DNA of 64,000 nt, taken from contig OY762209.1 in NCBI GenBank assembly GCA_963665295.1, positions 800,001 through 864,000 on the forward strand, given 5' to 3'. Of the stretch, positions 9,101 to 15,864 are shown in pieces (position 1 is the first letter of the stretch; every line of letters begins with the position of its first letter). This stretch comes from Syntrophorhabdaceae bacterium. GTDB lineage: Bacteria; Desulfobacterota; Syntrophorhabdia; Syntrophorhabdales; Syntrophorhabdaceae. The notes beneath the pieces are model-generated. The model was not told the origin of the DNA. It ran no database searches and saw only the letters and a list, made by a program, of their open reading frames with translations. The position numbers and the translations under genes were made by a program.

Positions 9101-11746
9101 GAGATATTCAGCGATGAGGAGAAGTTTCTGTTTCGCTATTTCCCGCCGGCCCACTGCGACCCCGATGAACTGATCTATCTGATCCACAGGATTGTAAAGC
9201 CGGTGGATCATAAAGTCAGCAGAATTGTAATAGACAGTGTTTCTGAACTGGAAGAGTTGTTTGACGATAAGAATAGTTTCAAGAACTATATGGCCACCTT
9301 GATTCATGAATTGAAGCAACTAAATGTGACTACCATCTTTCTTTACCGTTCACCCGAGTTTTTCGGGTTTCAAAGGCGCACTAGCACGGTGATCTCCTCT
9401 CTTGTTGATACCATCATATCCATTAAGACCTTCGATATAAAAAACAGGATCAAGAAGGGGCTCTTCGTGTTGAAATCACGTGGCCGAGAACAGAAAAGCA
9501 ATCTCCAGACTATGGAGATTCTTTATGACAAGGGGATTGTGGTCTCGGATAGGGGCTGGGAACTGGAAGGACTCCTTGGAGGAGAGACAGGCGAAATTAA
9601 GGAACCCTATATCTTTCTCAAGCTTTTTTATGAGAATGCAGCAGAAACGAAGATTAACGACTATCTCATTAAGGATTTCAGGGAACGCTACCCCATGAGA
9701 AGCAACAGGCTCTTTGCAACTGTCAGAAAACCCCATATCTATCATGAGTTCTGGAGTTTCAAAGGGAATTACGGGGCGGGACACGCCAATATTCGCATCG
9801 TTTCACTTAACAAATATATGGTTGAAGCCTTTCGGGAAAACGACCGCCTCCACATTCTTGACGGATACTTTTCCAGCTCCCTTAAGGAAGAGATTGAGTC
9901 TGACATAAGATACAACAAGTACTACAACAAGGATAGAAGATTTGATTTTCTGCCCAGCTACAGTGATTTCGGTGTGCTCGTCTTCCAAAAGCATCTGGCA
10001 GAGAAAGCTCAGCCCGAGACCAAAGTAAAGGTCGAAGACAGCAGTTGGGGAGAAATCATCAAAACTCTCACGCCTCTGTGTGAAAGATTGAACACACAAC
10101 CGGACGGGAAGAACGTTTTCTACACTTTTGCCATGCCGCCCCTCGACAACATGACTGAGTTTGTGGCCTTCTTCATGGAGGTTCTCTGGAGCCACGGCGG
10201 TGATCTTTACTGGTTTCCTCCCTTTTCCGAGAGATTGCACGAACCTTCAAGTAACAGGCTTTCCTTCTATAAGCGCATGATTCTCAGGAATAAGCCATTG
10301 CGAAAAGAAGTGGAGTCTTTGATCAAAAACCTTGACCCTAAGGTGCCTGCAAACAAGATTACAATAGATGCAGTGGAGAAGACCCTTAGCGATTTTGCCA
10401 AAGACAGGTACGATATTCCTAACATGATAAGAATCAACGACCAAGAGGCAAAAGGAGCGATGGAGTTCATGTGTGATCTTGTCATCAATGGTCACTGTCC
10501 CAGTCCGGCCCAAGGCGATTTTAGACCCTATGCCCTCATATCGAGAAAGTGGTACAGCGAAGTGACAGAATTTCAGAGACACGTCTCATCGATCAAGTGT
10601 GGCCAAGAGGAGCGCTACAAGCTCTTCAGGGACGGGGTCAAGAAGGAAAGCCCCAAAGACACTAAAGGTGCCGACAACAACCCACCAGCTCTGGAACTCC
10701 ATAAGTTACCTTATTGCAGAGAGACCTTGAAAAGTGTTACGAACCAGGGCATATGGTGTCTGGGCATAATCAAAGAGGCACTTTCCCCCGAAATAGGATG
10801 GATATTCATAGATACCATGGTATCGCCCGAAATACGAAGGATGCGAGCAGTGGAGAAACTCGGCTTCCCTATCAAAATAGAAGACATTCGCTCCGACACA
10901 TACTCATGGGCGGACAAGGATGTCTATGACAAGGTGGCTTCCATCATGGAAACCGATACTGTTCTCGATCAAAAGACGGATAATCTGGCGGTACTCTTTT
11001 ATCTGGACTATGATCGGAAGGACCTGAGTGAGAGGGATCCGTTTGATGAAGCAGTGGAATACCTTGGGAAAGCGAACTGCGACGAGCACCAGATAGGGGA
11101 TATTATCCGTCAACTGCTAGAGGCGTTTCACAAGATTACGGAAAACAAGGTTCTTGCCGACTTAAAGAAGAGACTGGAAACAGGTGGCCGGGAGCAGAGA
11201 ACAATTGATGTGACCGAGGAGGACTTTCTCCTTCAAGATCCTGACGCGGCCAGAATTGAAGGCAAAGTGGATGGGTATCTCATAAAACAGTTCGTACGCC
11301 TCTATCGTGAGAGCGAAACAGACGATTCCAGGGGTACGAGGGCGAACCTGGAGACAATTATCAGAGAAAAGTCAGAAGTGGATATCAACAACTTCATTGA
11401 ACAGGAAAAAAAGAAACTATCTGACAAGATAATCCGTCTCTTCAAGTTTTTTTATAGTGCAACGGATGGCCATTTAGGCCCGATAAGCTCGGCAGAGCAG
11501 GTCGAAAGCTTCATTCGCGAAAACAAATGCACTTTCAACTACGGAAAAGTCGAAAAGCAGCCGATATACTGCTCGAAGCTGGCGGCGAACCGGCCCTATT
11601 TCTATCGTTTTGAACCGATCATTCATAAACACGTCAAGAGACTGTTCCCGGATACGGGAAGCCCCAAGAAGGAACTGATCAACGAGGTGCTCGACTCCAT
11701 GAGACAAGAGATGATTCTGGAAGTATTCAGCAATCCCGGACTGTGA
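6140..11746 (+). CDS. 1868-aa fusion: HD-CE-like phosphohydrolase, two KaiC/RecA-like ATPase domains, and a cytoplasmic sugar-ABC-type solute-binding domain
   Basis: HD motifs (DHSHENRIL, QLHDYGK, ALLRLCDSLD); Walker A GGPGTGKT and GSPGSGKT; YITFEE, VIDSV, ISSLVDTII, LKSRG. MalE/UgpB-like motifs (LPSYSDFGVLVFQKHL, SWGEI, VLWSHGGDL, AMEFMCDLV, GIWCLGI, GWIFIDTMVSPE). Confidence 0.85.
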   Translation: MDSDEVNFEMNDDRHRAVWDQFCNGDPGQIDFKNYQSVLETLLEDTDADLYPQYRKIKELMHDAYENEDLRLHFIDKKDHSHENRILNYLDRFLFEAGPVDEAGKSFPVVKLTPERIFVLLCAVQLHDYGKTRWQLTIYSLIKDVADCMKDNDNKLFVKYNENGQILLTIKARAKDLHDETEQSDLKNLAKQLSDLHSLMDAVDINDLDIDAFGRIEDYHSHNIRHFLDAIIEAKDPKKLKKGFKGKDFVLRHIIPGGTDEDKAEAKLVDHLGSLDNKHLERIKSIASAHKPFKRREGKDGVEDWYYNQAEDEDRWLCALLRLCDSLDMDRRRVIEKKKRDLTYLLDEYYKQKTPNGEVVDDNRLRVFAIWTRFLLVKEIGILHSNEDKKKHRIDILLTYYQFPNADKYFFPLRHMVEKDFMNKKFLLDILDDGQGKTGGLRINLMYRILMEENPDYPAINIDDRMGKIFEKAANKHPTPDIRENGEPDNPVRKHFTPISEDDLRFVAFERDAIELIGEPDEDKKYLYLPNSLNLYSFLNHFKDGDRISPEPLSRHLFSNSKVNPLSHNYLRDNIIRQAGNLQEYVFDGRVLEIMGPLFRVAYRHPILLKSKIDEIEKFQHIMPFSRMDGPKRISSGIPGLQEVISDSEAGGGIVHSRNILIKGGPGTGKTTIALQIFQENLKDNYPRFAGRQVLYITFEENPTRIETECRKCFGWSIEKHRILQLRMKEGNFQMSASQDLHSEENARLAAKIFMNIVDDYHAEVLFVDSLNQLCSFLRSKEIDGKKAIKYIFDEMEMQHITAFYLLEDEEENSFEEYAADGIIYLENKRGKRTLEIRKLRMQKFVPGKHSFRIMDTAALKGKQEIESKWLQPGVNLFPNVETYAERTYAEIPHDSSQRIVKTGIEGLDGLLPISPERPKEGGYLRGSVVLVIGSPGSGKTIFGLQFAKQGIMEKKEEGKCLWISFEGGRAELQFAVGRFHPGLRFNEIFSDEEKFLFRYFPPAHCDPDELIYLIHRIVKPVDHKVSRIVIDSVSELEELFDDKNSFKNYMATLIHELKQLNVTTIFLYRSPEFFGFQRRTSTVISSLVDTIISIKTFDIKNRIKKGLFVLKSRGREQKSNLQTMEILYDKGIVVSDRGWELEGLLGGETGEIKEPYIFLKLFYENAAETKINDYLIKDFRERYPMRSNRLFATVRKPHIYHEFWSFKGNYGAGHANIRIVSLNKYMVEAFRENDRLHILDGYFSSSLKEEIESDIRYNKYYNKDRRFDFLPSYSDFGVLVFQKHLAEKAQPETKVKVEDSSWGEIIKTLTPLCERLNTQPDGKNVFYTFAMPPLDNMTEFVAFFMEVLWSHGGDLYWFPPFSERLHEPSSNRLSFYKRMILRNKPLRKEVESLIKNLDPKVPANKITIDAVEKTLSDFAKDRYDIPNMIRINDQEAKGAMEFMCDLVINGHCPSPAQGDFRPYALISRKWYSEVTEFQRHVSSIKCGQEERYKLFRDGVKKESPKDTKGADNNPPALELHKLPYCRETLKSVTNQGIWCLGIIKEALSPEIGWIFIDTMVSPEIRRMRAVEKLGFPIKIEDIRSDTYSWADKDVYDKVASIMETDTVLDQKTDNLAVLFYLDYDRKDLSERDPFDEAVEYLGKANCDEHQIGDIIRQLLEAFHKITENKVLADLKKRLETGGREQRTIDVTEEDFLLQDPDAARIEGKVDGYLIKQFVRLYRESETDDSRGTRANLETIIREKSEVDINNFIEQEKKKLSDKIIRLFKFFYSATDGHLGPISSAEQVESFIRENKCTFNYGKVEKQPIYCSKLAANRPYFYRFEPIIHKHVKRLFPDTGSPKKELINEVLDSMRQEMILEVFSNPGL

Positions 11747-11845
11747 AAACTACAAGAGTCTCGATGGCGGAGAACTCGCATGGATACGGTTGACCGGGGG
11801 CTTCTCTTTGTCTGCACACTAGAAAACAATGGGCCTCCCAAGACC

Positions 11846-12075
11846 AAATAACCGAAATGCCTAGCAGGAGTCAGGGCATGTCCTCCTGAGGATTGCGGTG
11901 GTCCGGGAGGGTATGAGAATCTCCTAGAGATGATCTCAGACCCCTCTCACGAAGAATATGAGGATACCCTGGAGTGACTTGGAGGAGAATTCGACCCGGA
12001 AGAATACTTCAGCCCCCGGAGGTGCGCTTTGATAACCCAACCAAGCGATGGAAGATAGCCTTTTCGGACGATTGA
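11846..12075 (+). pseudogene. pRiA4b ORF-3-family 3' remnant
   Basis: K*PKCLAGVRACPPEDCGGPGGYENLL...TLE*LGGEFDPE, then a frameshift to EVRFDNPTKRWKIAF; in-frame stops. Confidence 0.8.
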
Positions 12076-12460
12076 ACAGGCGTACGCCGCTGGGGGAACC
12101 AACGGAGATCGGGCAGCTGTCGGGATCTGCTTCGATGTGCCCAGGAGTGGGAACGCTACGAAGCATGAGGGATGCGAGAAGATTTGTTGTGATAAAATCG
12201 TGATAGACAAGAATGAAAAAGACTGGATTAGATAGAATAGACCGGACTAGACGGAAATGAGAAATATGCTTTATTTCAGCAACTTACGGGAAATCAGCCA
12301 TGATATCAAGGGCTTCAATTTTCGTCTTTCTTGCTCTTCGAAACCAGTGGACCAGCGACGAATCGGCGGGCGGGCTTAATTTCCATTTACCCCATTATTC
12401 ATCACTCGTTACAATTCCGTTCTTCTAACCTCCGCAAACCCTTGCCAGTACTTATTCCAA

Positions 12461-12488
12461 GGGGGTTCGAATCCCCCTGGGAATCCCA
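12461..12488 (+). other. Degenerate tRNA 3'-end-like fragment (possible secondary att site)
   Basis: GGGGGTTCGAATCCCCCTGGGAATCCCA: T-arm plus CCA, no rest of a tRNA. Confidence 0.45.
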
Positions 12489-12542
12489 ATGTCTTCATGA
12501 CCAGAGAACTGACCTCATGGGCGGATCGATTTAGCAGGAAAA

Positions 12543-12758
12543 TTAATCATCCACGTTATCGGCCTTCTTTTCGAGCCGTCTGCAGAGTTCGTCAATTTCT
12601 TGCTCGCTCCATGCGCTTGTCCGTGGGGTCAGCTTGATGGGCTTCGGGAATATCCCCTTGCGAATTCCTGCCCACCAAGTGCTTTTTGATACGGGTATTC
12701 TTTCAAGGACTTGTGGTAGACGTAGGAAACGTCTTGGCTTGGACTCTTGGTCGGACAT
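12543..12758 (-). CDS. alpA: AlpA-family excisionase / regulator
   Basis: FLRLPQVLERIPVSKSTWWAGIRKGIFPKPIKLTPRTSAW; lies next to the att site. Confidence 0.9.
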   Translation of the reverse strand: MSDQESKPRRFLRLPQVLERIPVSKSTWWAGIRKGIFPKPIKLTPRTSAWSEQEIDELCRRLEKKADNVDD

Positions 12759-12995
12759 GATCGTTGCCTCTCTGTATCGGTTTTTGGACCTAATCCCGGG
12801 CCTGGCCTGCTCCTTCCATTGTCTTGTTTAGGCTGGCCGACTATAGAATTCATCATACCACGAAAGTAAGTGTTATATAATGCGCTAAGCGTCGCACGAA
12901 ATCGCACTACGTAATATCAATAACTTAGGTTAATAGTGCGAAAACTCAATTCTAGCACTATAATAATTTCAAATACTTACATTCCTATGAAGGGG

Positions 12996-13021
12996 GGGTT
13001 CGATTCCCGCCGCCTCCACCA
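12996..13021 (+). other. attR: displaced 3' end of tmRNA (or of a tRNA)
   Basis: GGGTTCGATTCCCGCCGCCTCCACCA, preceded by integrase-site-like ATATCAATAACTTA and ATTTCAAATACTTA boxes. Confidence 0.75.
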
Positions 13022-13048
13022 TTTTGGAATCCGATACGCAGCACATGG

Positions 13049-13078
13049 AACCCGCTGGAAACAGCGGGTTTTTTATTT
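13049..13078 (+). terminator. Rho-independent terminator (native terminator of the target RNA gene)
   Basis: AACCCGCTG-GAAA-CAGCGGGTT-TTTTATTT. Confidence 0.85.
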
Positions 13079-13264
13079 GCCAACGCCGCGTCATTTGATC
13101 TCGCCTAAGCTTTCCCAATATGCCATTGTCAAAGAGCAGTGCTTCCCATAATTCCCCATCCTGCTTTAGCGAAAGCGGTTTCCCGCCCTCCATCGACATT
13201 TCCCTGTTTGTGCCTCTTGTGAATAGTCGTGAAGGGGGGGGGTTGTCCTTTCGTTTTCCCGGAA

Positions 13265-13780
13265 TTATTGGGGTTCTATCTCCTCAAAAAAAGTGTCTAT
13301 CAGATTGAAGACCTGATGGACGAAAGCCTTATCGAGGGTTTCGGCTTTCGCGTGAATGGACTTTACGAACGCCTCCATGACTGCCGGGGCCGCGCAGTAC
13401 GTTTCCAGCTTAGGGTCCATCTTTTTATGAACGTCCGCGATGGCTTTCACGACGGCGGTGTAGGCATAGGTGGCCTGGACGTCAATCACCGTAGGCCCGA
13501 GGGTTTCGAAGAACCCCTCATACCGCTTTCTCTGGGCTTCAAGACCTGCGATAAGCCCGGTATCGTCTCTGTTCGCTTCTTTCATTGTCGTACCCTCTTT
13601 CTGTTCTCTCAGGGCGCGGGTCTTCCAGCCGCACCTGTCTCTCCATGCCGAGATCGTATTTCTGTGTATGACAAGCCCCTCTGCCGCGAGGCGCCGCGCC
13701 GCTTTCCTGGCGTTATACCCGCATTCCTTCCATCCGAGATATGCCTTTTCAGCCGTGTCTTCATCATACTGTACCCGCAT
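13265..13780 (-). CDS. HTH-containing phage-like protein (DUF1804 / terminase small-subunit-like)
   Basis: N-terminal HTH-like ARKAARRL...HRNTISAWRDRCGW followed by a helical region. Confidence 0.45.
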   Translation of the reverse strand: MRVQYDEDTAEKAYLGWKECGYNARKAARRLAAEGLVIHRNTISAWRDRCGWKTRALREQKEGTTMKEANRDDTGLIAGLEAQRKRYEGFFETLGPTVIDVQATYAYTAVVKAIADVHKKMDPKLETYCAAPAVMEAFVKSIHAKAETLDKAFVHQVFNLIDTFFEEIEPQ

Positions 13781-14025
13781 GGGAGCGCTCCTGCCGCTGG
13801 GTACTATTCATAAGGGACGTACCCAAAGCGTCTCGTGAAGACTAACAAAAGGGCCTCCCCAAGTCCTTTAAAGCAGTTGAATGACAGGGAAAAGATTGGG
13901 GCGCACAGGGCCTGTATGGCGCAGCGTTGAAAAGGTGCCGAATGTCAATTGTGAAGGACCGTCCCGTAAGATACCTTGACTGTCTCTTTTGCGACGCCAC
14001 GGCCATCGTTCCAGCCGGGAGTGTA

Positions 14026-14052
14026 AAATTGACACAAAAGGGCCCACCTGCG
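14026..14052 (+). repeat. 27-bp direct repeat, copy 1 (flanks the Fic unit)
   Basis: AAATTGACACAAAAGGGCCCACCTGCG; one mismatch to 15496-15522. Confidence 0.8.
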
Positions 14053-14186
14053 CCTCCGACGGTAGAGAGTCCGTAAGGCTGACAATCGTGACTGTCATAT
14101 ATCACGGAGTGCTCCGTTAAATGACAAGGAGGTGATAAAACATGGCAAAGACTATGCAAGAGATTAAGAATGAGGCTCCCGGCGCC

Positions 14187-14252
14187 TTATTAAATGTTTC
14201 TTGCATATCGTTTAATAAGCTTATACAATATGCAAGAAAGTTTAATAAGAAG
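14187..14252 (+). promoter_or_regulatory. Fic promoter/operator element, copy 1 of 3
   Basis: TTGCAT-17-TACAAT promoter overlapped by TTATTAAA/TTTAATAA boxes within an inverted repeat (TTTCTTGCATAT...ATATGCAAGAAA). Confidence 0.7.
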
Positions 14253-14272
14253 ATGCAACGAGGGGATGCGGT

Positions 14273-15439
14273 ATGCGTCGAGGATCGTCTGGTGATTATG
14301 TTACTGTCTCTACGGTCGGGGATGAGCGGGTAAGCGCGTTTGTGCCTCATCCGCTGCCGCCGGTTCCGCCGTTGGCGATCGACGACAACCTTCGTGACCT
14401 CATTGACCGGTCGCTTCTTGCCCTTGGCCGCCTCGATGGAGTTACCGCGCTGCTTCCCGATACCCGGCTCTTTCTTTATATGTACGTCCGTAAGGAAGCC
14501 GTATTGTCATCTCAAATAGAAGGCACCCAGTCTTCTCTTTCCGATCTTTTGCTCTTCGAGATCAAGCAAGCCCCCGGTGTTCCGCTTGGCGATGTGGTGG
14601 AGGTATCGAACTATGTCGCCGCCCTTGAACATGGCCTTTCTCGCTGTAGGGACGGCTTTCCCCTATCGAATCGACTGATAAAGGAAATACATGGAGTTCT
14701 GCTGCGAGAAGGGCGAGGCAGTGACAAATCGCCGGGAGAATTTCGCCGGTCCCAGAATTGGATAGGAGGCACGAGGCCTGGAAACGCCTTCTTTGTGCCA
14801 CCGCCACCCGACAGAATAGCCGATACAATGGGCGCTCTGGAATTGTTCCTTCATGATCAGCCCGTGAAGACTCCTGTCCTCATAAGAGCGGCACTCGCAC
14901 ATGCTCAGTTCGAGACCATCCACCCATTCCTTGACGGGAACGGAAGAGTCGGGAGACTTCTCGTGCCCCTTCTGCTGTGCATCGAAGGTATACTGAAGGA
15001 GCCGCTCCTCTATCTCAGCCTTTATTTCAAGGCCCATAGAGCCCAATACTATGATCTTCTTAACGGCATTCGCACTGAAGGGGATTGGGAGGCGTGGGTC
15101 TCGTTCTTTTTGGAGGGCGTGCGCCAGATGGCGGAAAGCGCCGTAATAGCGGCCCGTCGTCTGGCGGACATGATTGCGCGCGATCGTGAACGCATTCAGC
15201 GTCTGGGGCGCATTGCAGGTTCTTCCTTGCAGGTGCATCAGGCTCTCCAGGCAAGGCCCATCGCCACCATTGCGTCTCTTTCCTCCGAGACGGGTCTCTC
15301 AATGCCCACGGTAACCAAAGCCGTTCAGGCGCTTGAAGACGGAGGATTCGTAACGGAAATAACAGGCCGACGGAGGGGAAAGATTTACAATTACGGGGAA
15401 TACATGGATATCATGAATGAGGGGGCCAACCCGGAATAG
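14273..15439 (+). CDS. Fic-family protein with Fic_N domain and C-terminal winged HTH
   Basis: EAVLSSQIEGTQ, GEFRRSQNWIG, HPFLDGNGRVGR. Confidence 0.95.
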   Translation: MRRGSSGDYVTVSTVGDERVSAFVPHPLPPVPPLAIDDNLRDLIDRSLLALGRLDGVTALLPDTRLFLYMYVRKEAVLSSQIEGTQSSLSDLLLFEIKQAPGVPLGDVVEVSNYVAALEHGLSRCRDGFPLSNRLIKEIHGVLLREGRGSDKSPGEFRRSQNWIGGTRPGNAFFVPPPPDRIADTMGALELFLHDQPVKTPVLIRAALAHAQFETIHPFLDGNGRVGRLLVPLLLCIEGILKEPLLYLSLYFKAHRAQYYDLLNGIRTEGDWEAWVSFFLEGVRQMAESAVIAARRLADMIARDRERIQRLGRIAGSSLQVHQALQARPIATIASLSSETGLSMPTVTKAVQALEDGGFVTEITGRRRGKIYNYGEYMDIMNEGANPE

Positions 15440-15495
15440 TACAAAGATGGAGGGAAGAAATGTCTTTTCCTGACATCAAAAAGGTCTTCGTTGTG

Positions 15496-15522
15496 AAATT
15501 GACACAAAAGCGCCCACCTGCG
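15496..15522 (+). repeat. 27-bp direct repeat, copy 2
   Basis: AAATTGACACAAAAGCGCCCACCTGCG. Confidence 0.8.
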
Positions 15523-15864
15523 GCGCCATGGTCCGGCCGGTGCCCTTCGACGTATGGGAATATACGCCTGCGGTCCTCCTATGCTCCCCTGACACCACAT
15601 CCGGACCTTCCGGCCAATTCCACCCTCCACAGCAGGCGGCTCAAAGAGCTCATTTTGGTCAATTGGGGCAGGGGTTTGTTGTTGGGAAAGATATTTCTTG
15701 CAAAGTAATTGCAAATAATTGGAAAATAAGGGAGGAGGGGCATAGCTAATCTCCCCCAAAATGAGGTTCTGAATTTCTATAAAAGTGGCCGATAGAGGAT
15801 GTTATACAGAACTATTTTCTGTATATTTACTTGTTTGAAGTGAATTTATATCTTGGAGAAAGCT

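Larger units (their letters stand above)
1..13021. mobile_element. Right-hand part of a genomic island integrated at tmRNA (ssrA); left end outside the window
   Basis: Ends in a tmRNA-like 3' fragment (12996-13021) followed by a terminator. alpA and DUF932 genes are typical of P4/CP4-57-like islands, and the cargo is defence-like. Confidence 0.7.

Noticed and set aside
6140..11746. Circadian KaiC clock
   Set aside because: No kaiA or kaiB; the KaiC domains are embedded between HD and SBP-like domains within island cargo
12461..13021. Complete tRNA or tmRNA genes
   Set aside because: Only T-arm and acceptor 3' fragments are present, with no D or anticodon arms or 5' acceptor strand
14142..14333. 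Small-peptide family LLNVSCISFNKLI.YARKF (also at 36933 and 55598)
   Set aside because: The similarity is explained by a palindromic DNA element; starts and stops differ and copy 2 has many non-synonymous changes
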